From contig RQSC01000308.1 in the NCBI GenBank assembly GCA_013416795.1, positions 1-64,000 on the forward strand: a stretch of 64,000 nt of DNA. Reading direction: 5' to 3'. The position numbers and the translations under genes are program-made. Position 1 is the stretch's first letter, and the number at the start of each line of letters is the position of its first letter. This document shows positions 1 through 10,662 of the stretch, one piece after another. This stretch comes from Prasinococcaceae sp. CCMP 1430. Taxonomy: Eukaryota > Plantae > Prasinodermophyta. The notes under the pieces are model-generated. The model was not told the DNA's origin. It did not search any database and saw only the letters and a list, made by a program, of their open reading frames with translations.

Positions 1-2
1 CG

Positions 3-686
3 CTCGGGGCGGGTGGAGCGGCGGAGGCGGCGCCGCGGCGGCAGTTCCTGGCGGTGGCGCCGCTGCGCGCGGAGGATATCGAGGCGGAGGAGAACGCGCG
101 CGGCGGCGGCGGCGAGCGCTGGTTCGGCGGGGGGACCGCGCGGTCTGGCCGCTCGCCGGGCCATGATGCGCTCGTGGAGGCCGCCGCAGCGCTCAAGCGC
201 GCCGAGGCGGAGGCGCGCGCGGGCGTGCTGGGTGCCGGTCCGGCGCGCAGGGCCGCGCAGCTGCGGCCCGTGCGCGCGCTGCTCGAGACCATGGGTCGCG
301 CGGTGGTGGGCGTCGAGGACCAGGCCGCGCTCATCGAGGCGGACCTCGAGGAGACGCGCGGGGTGATGGCGGCCATCGACGCCGAGCACGCGCGCGCTCG
401 GCGCGCGTACACATCGGAGCTGCTGCGCCAGCTCGGCGGCATCGAGCGCGCCGCGCAGGGCGTCGACGACGAGCCCGACGCTGCCCGTGGCATGCTGCAC
501 GCTCTCGAGGAGCGACGGGCCGGCGGGGGGGGGGAGGGCGATGCCGCCGCGCCGAGCGAGCCGGCCGCCGGCGGTGGCGGTGGCGAGGAGGTCCGAGAGG
601 AGCCCGGCGAGGGCGCGCAGGCCGACGCGGCGCGAGATGAGCCCGCGCAGGATACGCGGCGCACTGTAACGTTCGCGGAAAAGTGA
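3..686 (+). CDS. 3' part of a hypothetical coiled-coil protein (start lies outside the window)
   Basis: Frame is open from nt 3 to TGA at 684-686. Helical A/E/R-rich sequence with GC3-rich codons; ends in an RVxF-like RTVTF. Confidence 0.55.
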   Translation, partial: LGAGGAAEAAPRRQFLAVAPLRAEDIEAEENARGGGGERWFGGGTARSGRSPGHDALVEAAAALKRAEAEARAGVLGAGPARRAAQLRPVRALLETMGRAVVGVEDQAALIEADLEETRGVMAAIDAEHARARRAYTSELLRQLGGIERAAQGVDDEPDAARGMLHALEERRAGGGGEGDAAAPSEPAAGGGGGEEVREEPGEGAQADAARDEPAQDTRRTVTFAEK

Positions 687-782
687 AGTCGGTGTTTAAA
701 CGTGTGTTGGGAGGGCGCGCGTTGCTGCCGCGCATGCCTTCACACACATCTCTCTCCTCTCAGCTGACCCTCGTTCTGACGT

Positions 783-1397
783 CTAGTACCTGCTGGGGGT
801 GCGCACGGGCGCGTCCGTGGGCGTCACAGGTTCGATGGGCGCCTTGGTCGGGGGCGGGGGGCAGACGCACTCGGCCATGCCGTCCACCACGATGCACTCG
901 CAGCCGGGGTCGCAGGGGTCCGGCTTGCAGGGGTTGGGCGGCCTGGTTGGGGCGTCGGTGGGCGGCTCCACGGGCGCCTTGGTGGGGACGAGCGGCTCGA
1001 TGGGGGCGTCCGTCGGCGTGATGGGCGACTTGGTCGGGGGCGGGGGGCAGATGCACTCGGCCATGCCGTCCACCACGATGCACTCGCAGCCGGGGTCGCA
1101 GGGGTCCGGCTTGCAGGGGTTGGGCGGCCTGGTTGGGGCGTCGGTGGGCGGCTCCACGGGCGCCTTGGTGGGGACGAGCGGCTCGATGGGGGCCTTGGTC
1201 GGGGGCGGGGGGCAGACGCACTCGGCCATGCCGTCCACGTCGATGCACTCGCAGCCGGGGTCGCACGGGTCGGGGCGGCAGGGGTTCAAGGGTGCGATGG
1301 GCGCGTCCCGCGGCGGACGCACCGGCTCATCGCGTCCCGAGGCGGCCGCGCTGCCGGCGACCGCCAACACGAGGAGGGCTGAGAGGATGCGTGACAT
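783..1397 (-). CDS. Secreted protein with three Cys-rich EGF-like modules and Pro/Thr-rich linkers
   Basis: ATG at 1397 begins a signal peptide (MSRILSALLVLAVAGSAAA). Three copies of PC(K/R)PDPCDPGCECIxVDGMAEC(V/I)C are separated by PTKAP/PTDAP linkers. TAG at 783-785. Confidence 0.8.
   Translation of the reverse strand: MSRILSALLVLAVAGSAAASGRDEPVRPPRDAPIAPLNPCRPDPCDPGCECIDVDGMAECVCPPPPTKAPIEPLVPTKAPVEPPTDAPTRPPNPCKPDPCDPGCECIVVDGMAECICPPPPTKSPITPTDAPIEPLVPTKAPVEPPTDAPTRPPNPCKPDPCDPGCECIVVDGMAECVCPPPPTKAPIEPVTPTDAPVRTPSRY
800..1290. repeat. Intragenic tandem repeat, 3 units (periods 186 and 165 nt)
   Basis: ccggggtcgca.gggtc anchors at 904, 1090 and 1255. The copies at 904 and 1090 are nearly identical at DNA level. 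Confidence 0.9.
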
Positions 1398-3500
1398 GGC
1401 TGGTCGACGGGGGTGGTGCTCCCGGGGTGCGTGGTGTGGCATGCCCGGCGCGGCCCCGCCGCCCACCCGCCGCCGCGCGGCGGCGGAGTCCGGTCGGCGC
1501 GCGGACTTCCGTGTGCAAACGCCTCTCTTCCCCTACCCGGCGCGCGCGCCCGCGCAGGCACGCGCGCGCCAGCGCGCACCCGCGCATCTTTACGGTCACA
1601 ACCTTCTAAAAGGGTCTATTACGTACCTCAAAGAGCTCTCAAAATGACGCAAAAACGCCCTCGGAGCGGGTTCGGGTTCCGCGCGCCGCCGCGCCGGCTG
1701 CGGCGGCTGCGGCGGCTGGCCGGCTCGCCCCCTTTTTTTTCCGGAGCGCTTTTCGGAGCCTTTTCGGAGCTTTTTATCGGCGATAAAAAAAAACAAAAAA
1801 GGAGGCCGTGACTGGCCGACTGCACGCGCCCGTGCGCTCGCGCCGCGCCAGAAATAATGGCGCAGGATTGCGCAAGCGCACATGCGTAAACGAGTGAAAC
1901 GCGCGGAACAGGAGCGATTTCGTGGAGGAGTTCTGCGAGATCGCGGACGCGCGCCCACGTCACGCAAGCAGCCCTGGTCGTGTATCACGTATTCACGTGC
2001 ATTTTCGCGCGCGCGCGGCCGCGATACGCGCGCGTTTCGGCCGCGCGGGGCCGCGAAATCGTCGTGTCCGCGCGACTGTAAAATCGGCGGAATTGTTTGG
2101 ATTTGGTCCGGCGGTTGCCGGCGAACGCGCGCGGCGCGCGCCCGACACGCGCGCGCGGTACACGCCGCGCCGCAAGACTAACCGACCCCGCGCGGGCGTC
2201 GAACGCTTGCGTTTTGATGGCCGAAACCCAACCCAACCCCGCGCGCGCGCCTGCAGCAGACTCGTTGACAGCGCGCTGACTTCCTCACGAACCTCCCCCA
2301 CCCCAACCCCAGTTACCCCACTCCACCTCACTCCGAAGCAGACCGGGGCATCGCAGCGCAACCTGCGCGCCTCTCCCGGGACTCGCCAACCAACCAACCA
2401 ACGGTCGAAGCGCAAACACACCCGGCCAACCAACTCGCGGAGGAGTGAATGTGTACTGCATGCCATGCAATGAGTAGTACAGGAGAGTACTGTCTGTATC
2501 TATCTCCGCGCCGGGATGCCCGGGTTTGGACCCAGGGGGCTCCGAAGCCCCGTGCGGGAACGTGGACAGGTTTGCCACGTGTGTCTGCGCGCCGCCCCGC
2601 CTCGTGGCCACATATCTGCGCCGACCGGATCGCGCGGCCGGAAAAACGGTTGACCGGCGGATAGTTTGCTCGCGGCGGGCGCCGCCCGACCGGAGGACGT
2701 GTGTGTTACGAGCGGCCGCCGCGCGCGCGGCGGGCGCGGGGCGGGCGCAAGCGTGGCGGGGCGGAGGGAGGGATGGGGGGTAGGGCAGGCACTGCCAGGC
2801 AGGGTTTGCTCGGCCGCGCGCGCCGCTGTCGCCGTCGCCGGGACGACGTGTGTCGAGCGTCGAGGCGCCCACGTCGGGTGGAGGAGGCTGACGTGGCGCG
2901 TTTGTCGGGGTTGCCGTACGCACGCGTCGGACCCGCGCCGCGTGTGTGGGGACGGGGAGACGTGACCCGCGCGTGATGAGTGCACACACGTTGCTCAGGT
3001 TTGATGCGCCGATCACGTCGCGCGTTCGGCGTGCGAGCGCACATTGCTGTAGTGCTCACGACGTTCCTTCCCACCCTTCCCCCTCGCGGCCCATTCGAAT
3101 CTGCGCTGGCACGAAGTCGGGACCCGCGCGTGGGTGTGCGCGCACGTGCCGCGCACATCGAGGACTCCATGCACTTGCACGGAGAAGTGCGTGCGCTCGG
3201 CACACGCTCGCGCGCGCAGGCGATACTTGCTGCGATACTTTTCTGCACCCAGTGCCTTTCATCTAATGCCGCCGCGCGTGCAGTACTGGCGATCAGATTT
3301 TTCCGGACTGGCGGCGGGCACACGCACGTATCGATCGCGCCCGCACGTGAGTCATCGCCCGGGCGACGCGCGCGCCGCCTCGCTCACGTGCACATTGCAC
3401 ATCGACGCGCCACTCGGCCGCCGGCGGTCAGCGCGTCCTCACCGGCCACCTGCAGCAAAAAGCTCGACCCCTGCCCGTCACCCCCCGAGGAGAGGCAAGC

Positions 3501-5316
3501 ATGCGCAGCGCCGCGCTCTGCACGGCTGCGGCACTCGCCGCCGCCGCCGCGACGGTCCCACGCATCATCAATGTCGGCGCCGTCAAAACCGGCGACGAAG
3601 AATTCCGCAATGCGCCGGGATACGTGTACGTGCTCAGCGACGGCAGCGCCGCCGCGGACGACGGCGTGGTCTCGAGCGACGACATGATGGCAACGCCGCC
3701 CTCGATCGACGTCGTCGACCCCGAGACGCTCTCGGTGATCGCGTCGCTGCCCGTCCAGCCTGAGACTTCCTGGGCCGATGCCGTCTACATGGAGAGGTGT
3801 GAGGTGCGACCATGCGCGCACGCGATGCGATGCGCGATGCACGCGTCACGCGCGTGAGCTTGCCGGCGCCCAGACAGAGCTCGCTCGTCGCCAGCGCCGT
3901 GGCGCGTGCCTGACGCCGATCGCGCCCTTCTTCGGCATCGGCATCACCCCAACCCACCCACTCGATGCAAAAAATTGTACATCGCACGCGCGCGCACGAA
4001 CGACAACCACAACGTCTCGTCGTTAAATAGGTCGCTGGCATGCCTGCCGACCAGCTCGTCTTCGCCGCCGATCGCGGCGGCCAGGTGTACGTGATCAACG
4101 CCACAGCTCTCAACGTCAACGACACGGCGAACGCCATCATCACCACAGTCCCGGTCGGCGAGGGGCCTGTCCACTCGTACGCGCTCCCCTCGCGCGACGA
4201 ATTTTGGGTGCACGCGGACGACAGCGGGTGGTTCGACGTGATCTCGCTCGCGAACATCTCCGAGCTGCGCGCCGGCGGGCCGGTGGTCGCGCACGTGGAC
4301 GTGCCCGGGCACGGCAAGCTCCTGGTCGACGCGTCCATGCCAGGCTACCCCCTTCGAGGCTTCGCGAGCAACGTGGCGGAGCCCGCCGTGTACGACCTGG
4401 TGCTGCCCGCGGGCTTCGGCAACGCCACCATCGACGACACCGAGGGCCGCGTCTACAACTTCAGCGCGTACTCGGACGACCCCACGTCGGAGTTCCACTG
4501 CCCCGGCACGCACGGCCTGGCCTACAGCAAGCTCAACGACCACGTCTACGCCACGTGCTCGGACGTCGGGCTCATCGAGATCGACATCGTCGGCGAGGCG
4601 CCGGTCATGCTGCACCGCAACGCGACCGGCGGCCAGGCCTTCACCACCCCGGACGAGCACTACGTCGTCGTGGTCGACAAGACGGGCGACAGCGTCCACG
4701 TCGTCGTCCCCGGAGAGCCGGGCGCCGCGTCCAGCATGGACCTGCCGTCGGTGGACGCGATGGGCGGCAACCCCGACAAGGTGGCCTTCTTCGAGCTGCC
4801 CGACGGCTCCTGGCGCATGTTCGTCTCTCTCACCGACAACTTCCACTCGCTGGTGGACGAGACGGCCGAGGGGGACAGCGGCGTCGGGTGGGTGGACCTC
4901 GACGCGGTCTACGACAACCCCGACGAGGCGCAGAACCTCACCAAGGTCCCCGGCGCGGGCGCCGTGACTCGCAACGGCCCCTTCACCCACCGCGCCATCA
5001 CGACGAGCGGGAGTCGGGTCGCGACGATCACGCACCACCCGATCACCGGCGTGGCGCTGATCGATGGCGTCACCGGCGAGCTCGAGGGCGTCGTGCCCAC
5101 CAACCAGGTCAGTCGCACGCGCGAAGCGCGCGTGCCTCGCGCAGCGCCTGCTTCTGGCCGCGCGGCGTGACGCCTGCGAGCGATGCACACTGACGCGCAA
5201 AGATGTGCTCTCGCACGCGCTCATGCGTCGCCCTTCACCCGCCCCGTGGACAACAGGGGCCCGGGCGCGTCCTGCACGTCCCCGCGGCTGTCCAGACTGC
5301 CGTGTGCAGCGCATGA
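3501..5316 (+). CDS. Secreted YVTN/YncE-like beta-propeller protein, His-rich (3 exons: 3501-3803, 4031-5107, 5257-5316)
   Basis: Signal peptide MRSAALCTAAALAAAAA. GT-AG introns join the exons in frame. Propeller-type repeats include VYVINAT, IPVGEGP-like VPVGEGP, GLAYS, YVVVVDKTGDSVHVV and ALIDGVTGELEGVVP. Confidence 0.7.
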
Positions 5317-5538
5317 GACCCACGTCCACACAAGCAAGCAAGGCTCCCTTCCTCTCTCCGCCTCCAGGACTTGATCCGGCCCGGAGAGACCGACCATGGC
5401 GTTAGCCCGTCCTCTACACATACACATGCCACGCGTACACGCGCGCCGCGAGACTACGTATAAGCGACGCGAGAAGAGACTGCCGATCAAGCAGTGCAGC
5501 TCTTTGTTTTTCTTCAGTCACGGACGATCAGCTCGCGC

Positions 5539-6853
5539 TCACTCGAGGATCGCGTACTCGTCGTCATCCCCGGCGCCAAGCAGGGCCAGCGCGTCGTCGT
5601 CCTCCCGCGCGCCCTCGTCCACGGCGCTCGCGCCCGCCGCAGTCTCCCCCGGATCACCAGCGGCGCCGACCGCGCGACTCCCTCGCAGACTTTGCCGCTG
5701 CCCCTGCGCGTGGTCTTGCTCCGGCAGCGCGTGCCGCCGCTCGGCGTCCTCCCTCTCCGCCCTCACCCATGGCATGGCAACCGACGCGTGCGGCGCGCGC
5801 GCGCCGCTGGCGCCAGCGGCGCCAGCGGCGCCAGCAGCGCCATCAAGCTCTGCCAGCCGTCGCCTCCTCGCCCCCGCGTACTCCTCATCCCGCACCTCCG
5901 TGCGCAACCTGGACACCGATGCTCGGCCGTCGCGGGACAGGCGCTCGCCCTCGGCCAAAACCGCCGTCGCGACCGCGGTGCACGCGCCGAGCGAGCCGAC
6001 GAGCGGCATGCGCGCCTGGGCGGCGGCATCGGACGCGGCGCGGATCGCCTCGGCGTACGCCTTGGCAGCGTCGGCAGCCTTGCTCGCGGCGCTCGCCACG
6101 TGCTCCCCCGCGCGCTCGAGCAAGTCCAGGGCCTCCTGCTTCGTGGCATCCTCTCGCCCCACCGCCTGCGGCTCGACGGGCTCGGCGGTGGCGACTGCGC
6201 CCACGAGCAGTGCGTCAGCCTCCATGAGCGCGTTGATGGCCATGCACGCGGGCAGGAGCGAGTCGCTGAGCACGCGCTGCTCGCTCCAGCCCTCGTAGCC
6301 GTCGCTCCCGGCCGCCTCACCCTCCTCCGCCGCGAGCAGAGCTCGTATGGCGCCCATCTGCGGCGGCGACGCGTACACTGCTATGGGCTTCCGTTCGTAG
6401 CCCGTGCGCTGGGTCGCGTAGAGCGCCTGCAACATGTACGCGCTGGCTGCCGCGCGGGCGCGGCGCACGGGCGGCCGCTCGGTGGCCGCTCGCAGCTCGC
6501 CCATCGCCGCCGCGAACAGCCACTGCGTCCACGTGCGCCGCGAGTACGTCGTCCTGTTGTGCAGGTCATGCAGGTAGCCCAACTTGCGCTCGCTCCACAA
6601 GGCAGCGAACTTCGCTGGGTGCACCGCGCCGTCGCCATCGGCCTCTGCCGCCGCGCGTCAGCAGAGCGCAGCGCGCAGGCGGGGCCGCCGCGGGCAGTGG
6701 CGCGGGTCTGCGAGCGGCCCGCAGGCGTGTACGCGCCGCGCGCTGCGCGCTGAGCGGGCGCTGCGAGCGCGCCCTGCGCCATCCCCGCGCCCCCTCGTCA
6801 GCGACGTCCCATCGCAGCGCCGCCGCCCTGTCCTCCCTTCCCTCACCCGCCAC
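5539..6853 (-). CDS. Hypothetical protein, probably 2 exons
   Basis: 361-aa ORF 5539-6624 with coding-like codon use. Likely acceptor near 6617 and an upstream ATG exon at 6853 (MAGEGREDRAAALRW). No family recognised. Confidence 0.5.
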
Positions 6854-7105
6854 CGCCGGGCGCCAGCGGGCGCTGCTGTGGCGGCCGCGCGCGGGCGTTT
6901 GCCAAGGCTCGCGCGCTCGACGCGCGGATACCGAACCCTAATACAATCCAACCGCAAAAGTTCGTGGCAAAAACCCGTGCGCACCTCAAAAAGGTCATGA
7001 CTCATAGCATGCGAGCACATGTGACGAACTTACGTGGTGTGGTCGCTGGCGCTGCAGGCGGCGTGGCAGGCGCGCGTCCGGCGCAACTTGTGGTGGCGCG
7101 CCTCT

Positions 7106-8420
7106 TCAGAACCTGCGGAGGGAGGGCGGCCGGCGAGAAGCGGGTCAGCGGGGCCAACTGCGGGCGCCATGCAATGGCGGCGAGGCGGACGCGCGCGGCG
7201 CTTGTCGCGCAACGCAGCCGCGCGGCAACGCACTTGGCCACCATGTCGGTGGTGTAGCCCAGCTGATCCAGCACGCTGCCCTCCTTGAGCTCCTCCTCGT
7301 CGCGCGGGCCGCAGAACACGTCGTACATGACCGGCAGGCCACACACCATGACCAGGGTGTCCTCGCTCGGCTTGTGCGCGTACTTCTCCAGCTTGGCCTT
7401 GTCCACCCAGCTGCGGAGGGGGGGCGGCCGGCGAACCGAGTCAGCAGTAAGCAACGCGGGCGCCAGGCAGACTTCCCGCGGGCCAGGCGCGCGCGACGCA
7501 ACGCAGGCGCACGACGACGTACCCCAGCTCGCCATCCCAGCCCTCGATGGGCGCCTGGTCAGGGCTCTCACCCACGACGTTCACGATCTTGATGCGTCCG
7601 CCGGACTTCTCGGCGAGCTCATCCAGCTCGTCCTTGAGCAGAATGTCGGTGGGGCTCCTGTTGCCGTACAGCAGCGTGACCTCGGTGTCGTCGTCGCTCT
7701 GCGCGAGGAGCTGCAGCGCCTGGTACATGGGCGTGATGCCCGTGCCGCCCGCAATCATCGTGATGGTCTTCTTGCCGAAGGGGTACTGCGCCTTGCTGCA
7801 GGGCCGAACGGCGACGAGAGGGTGTGCGTGTTTGGGGCGGGGTGAGCGGAGCGCGGCGGGGGGAGGGCGTCAGCGGCGCGCTTCTCTCGGGGCCGGGATG
7901 GAGCACGATGCGATCGCGCAGCACGCACATGTTGAAGGGGATGTGCTTGAATCCCACCGGCGTGCCCATCTCCAGGCCATCGAGCCACTTCGACACCGTG
8001 CCGTTCTCGTACACCTTGACGAGCAGGTCGAACGAGCCCTTGACGTCGTTGGAGCTCGTCGGGGTGTACGGGCGCACGGCGACCTCGCCCTCAGCGTCGA
8101 AGCCGCGCAGAAGCACGCACGCGCACACCGGCTGGGAGTCGCGCGTCGGGACACACGCGTGGCGGGGTCAGCGCGGGCCACGAGCGGCGCTGGACTCGAT
8201 CGATCAGACGGCGGCGCGGGGCTGATCGGCTGATCGAGCGCTCGCGCTCGGCGGCTCTTCGCCGCGGACGCACCAGCGAGAGCGACTTGCCCTCGGGCAG
8301 GCCGAAGGTGAAAACGGTGCTGTCGTGGTTGTACTTCTTCTTCGACACGAGCGGCACCTCCGCCCAGTCCGTGGGCAGGATGCAGCTCGAGCAGTACTCG
8401 GCGTTCTCGGGGAGCGTCAT
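7106..8420 (-). CDS. CBR: NADH-cytochrome b5 reductase family (5 exons: 8420-8274, 8131-7929, 7795-7523, 7410-7234, 7112-7106)
   Basis: YNHDSTVFTFGLP, FAD motif RPYTP, NAD motif IAGGTGITPMYQ, LLYGNRSPTDILL, VCGLP and LGYTTDMVAKF*. All four introns are GT-AG and splice in frame. Confidence 0.93.
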
Positions 8421-8998
8421 CGAGGACGCGCCCGTGGCCGCCGCGCGCGCGCGCGCGCGCCCCGCGCCCGGATGTTTTCCTGGCTCCGCGGGCGGCCGTC
8501 GGCGCCGGGACGCGGCGGGGCCCCGCCCCGAACCAGGGTCATCCGCCCGCTCCACGCCGGTGCGTCGCAGGTCCAAAACGACGCACGGTCGTGGGCCGCC
8601 CACGCGGGCCGCAACGCGCCCACGTGCTGCGCACGCGCCACCGACCCATGCACATGCACACGCCCGCCCGCCCGACAAGCGCACCGCAACACACAGAGAC
8701 GGCGCAGCGACCTCACATCAACAAGGGGAGCCAGCGCAGCCCCGGCCAGCCCCTGCACGTCTGTGGCCAGACGCCGTCGCGTCACGCAGCCCCAGCCAGC
8801 CAGCAGCAACCTGCGGCCGCGGCCCGCGAGCGAGCACGCGAGCGTGCGCACTGCGCAGTCGGCTGCTGCGTGCTGGCGCTACGCCGTGGGTGCACGTGAC
8901 GTACATGAGCCCCTCACACACGCGCCCATCCGTCCTCCCTCGCAGCACCCCGGCTCCCCCGTGAGCGCAGAGGCGCCGCACCGCAGGCCCATTGGCGC

Positions 8999-10486
8999 GT
9001 GAAGGCGACAGAAGNCGGCGGGCCGCGGCCTTCCGATGGTGCGGGCGCGGGGGCGGCCAAGGGGGGCGCGCCTGCGCAGACGCCAGCCCCCGCGCCCGCG
9101 AGCGTGCGGGAGGAGCTTGAGCGCGTGGGCGCCCTGCCGGCGAGGTACGAGGCTGCGCGCGCGTCGCTGGTCACAAATGCGCCTCACCTCGTCCAAGTGC
9201 ACTGCGCGCCATCGCCGCCGTTCAACGAGGCGACGCTGAGCGTCGTGCTGCTTGAGGGCTACCCCGCGGCCGACTGCGGCGCAGTGTGCAGGCTTCGCTC
9301 CAACGCGCTCGACGCGGGCTTCGTGCAGCGCGTGGAGGCGGCCTGCCAGGCGGCCGCGGACGCAGGCGCCGGCGCTTGCGGCCAGGCGCTCGCGGCAGCG
9401 GAACTATTCGCGCGCACCATGGCACGCGCGCGCCTCGCGCCGGCATTCGACGAGACGAGGAAGATCAAAGCGCTGGTGGCCGGCGCGCGCGTCCTCGAGT
9501 CCAAAGGCCAGCTCGTGCTCCCGCTCAGGGAAGGCAAGTACGCGCTACCCGTGCGCGTGACCGTGCCAGCCACCTATCCCGCAGAGGTCCCGCAGATTTC
9601 CCTCGACCGCAGCAGCGCGTGCACCTTCCCCAACGAGTTTGTGGTCTCCTTCCTGGCGCAGGCTGCAAAGAAGGCAGACGCCGTGCATCGCGGAGGCGAC
9701 ACGCAGCCGCCCAAGGGCGATGCTGCCGCAGTAGCCGCCACAGCAGCGGGCGACGGCGGTGGCGACAGAGCGAGCGCACGCGGTACCGCCCACCAGGCAT
9801 CCGTCGTGGCTGCGCATCGCGCGGCCGTGATCAGGTCGAACCAGCAGGAGGTCGCTGCAGCGCAGGCAAAGGAGGCCGCGACCCGCAACGCCAGGGCCGC
9901 GGCCAAAAAGGCCAAGCTGGAGTCAGAGCGCAAGCCATGGCACGCGCCGCTGAACCCGAAAAAGGAGCAGAGAGCGGCGCTCGAGGCCAACGCGAGGCGC
10001 AACCTGCCAGAAGGAGACGAGGCCAGCACCGCGGGGCGACGGCGCAGGAAGGATGCCACCGCCGCGAACGGCAGCGCCGCGAAGTGCCAGCCAGCGTACG
10101 ACCCCTCGCGCACGGACAAGTGTCTCCTGCCTATGGTTCGATTTCTTTACGAAAGTTGCGTGCAGGCCTTGCCGCGGTCAGTCTGCCCCTGCTGCGGCGA
10201 GCGCGTGCTGCCTTCGGACCCCTCGGAGCTCCCCTCGCAGCCTGCCAAGCTACGACCCGAGCGATTGGTCTGTGGGCACTGGTACCATCACCATTGCTTA
10301 GCCGAGTACATTGCCCACCCGCCCTTCGGTAAACGCAAGCTCTGCGCGGATCCGTCTTGCGGCCGAGTGCTTCTGAGCGATGCGTTCAACACCAAGGAGC
10401 ACCACCTCGCAAAGGCGTGGCAGATGAAGGAGGCGCGGGCCAGAGAGATCAAGGACGTCACTGACTTCTTCGCGCTCAAGATATGA
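8999..10486 (+). CDS. RWD-like domain plus C-terminal RING-H2 finger protein (putative E3 ligase); start uncertain because of the N at 9015
   Basis: RWD-like LPVRVTVPATYPAEVPQI; RING-H2 CPCC...CGHWYHHHC...CADPSC; TGA at 10484-10486. Confidence 0.7.
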   Translation: MKATEXGGPRPSDGAGAGAAKGGAPAQTPAPAPASVREELERVGALPARYEAARASLVTNAPHLVQVHCAPSPPFNEATLSVVLLEGYPAADCGAVCRLRSNALDAGFVQRVEAACQAAADAGAGACGQALAAAELFARTMARARLAPAFDETRKIKALVAGARVLESKGQLVLPLREGKYALPVRVTVPATYPAEVPQISLDRSSACTFPNEFVVSFLAQAAKKADAVHRGGDTQPPKGDAAAVAATAAGDGGGDRASARGTAHQASVVAAHRAAVIRSNQQEVAAAQAKEAATRNARAAAKKAKLESERKPWHAPLNPKKEQRAALEANARRNLPEGDEASTAGRRRRKDATAANGSAAKCQPAYDPSRTDKCLLPMVRFLYESCVQALPRSVCPCCGERVLPSDPSELPSQPAKLRPERLVCGHWYHHHCLAEYIAHPPFGKRKLCADPSCGRVLLSDAFNTKEHHLAKAWQMKEARAREIKDVTDFFALKI

Positions 10487-10662
10487 TGAAGTCAGGCGGC
10501 ACGGCGGTAGTCATTCTCCCCCCCCCCCCTCTCTCTGGCAGGCCAACCCGATCGCGACGGGGCTGGCGCTGCAAGAGCGGCACCATCGCGTATCTGGCAG
10601 ACACCACGTCGTTGGTCTTATTATACGCCACTGTATATTACTGTATGTATCTCACAACAATT

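Noticed and set aside
783-1290. Regularly spaced repeats as a CRISPR-like array or transposon
   Set aside because: The units are long, in frame and protein-coding, with no unique spacers, terminal repeats or nearby cas/transposase genes.
1600-3500. Hidden gene or mobile element in the 1.9-kb divergent intergenic region
   Set aside because: It contains only low-complexity ORFs, short A/T runs, CCAA repeats and a small hairpin near 2452-2481. I found no homology motifs, TIRs or TSDs. Similar tracts at 50800-51200 and 59500-60400 look like ordinary promoter or UTR sequence.
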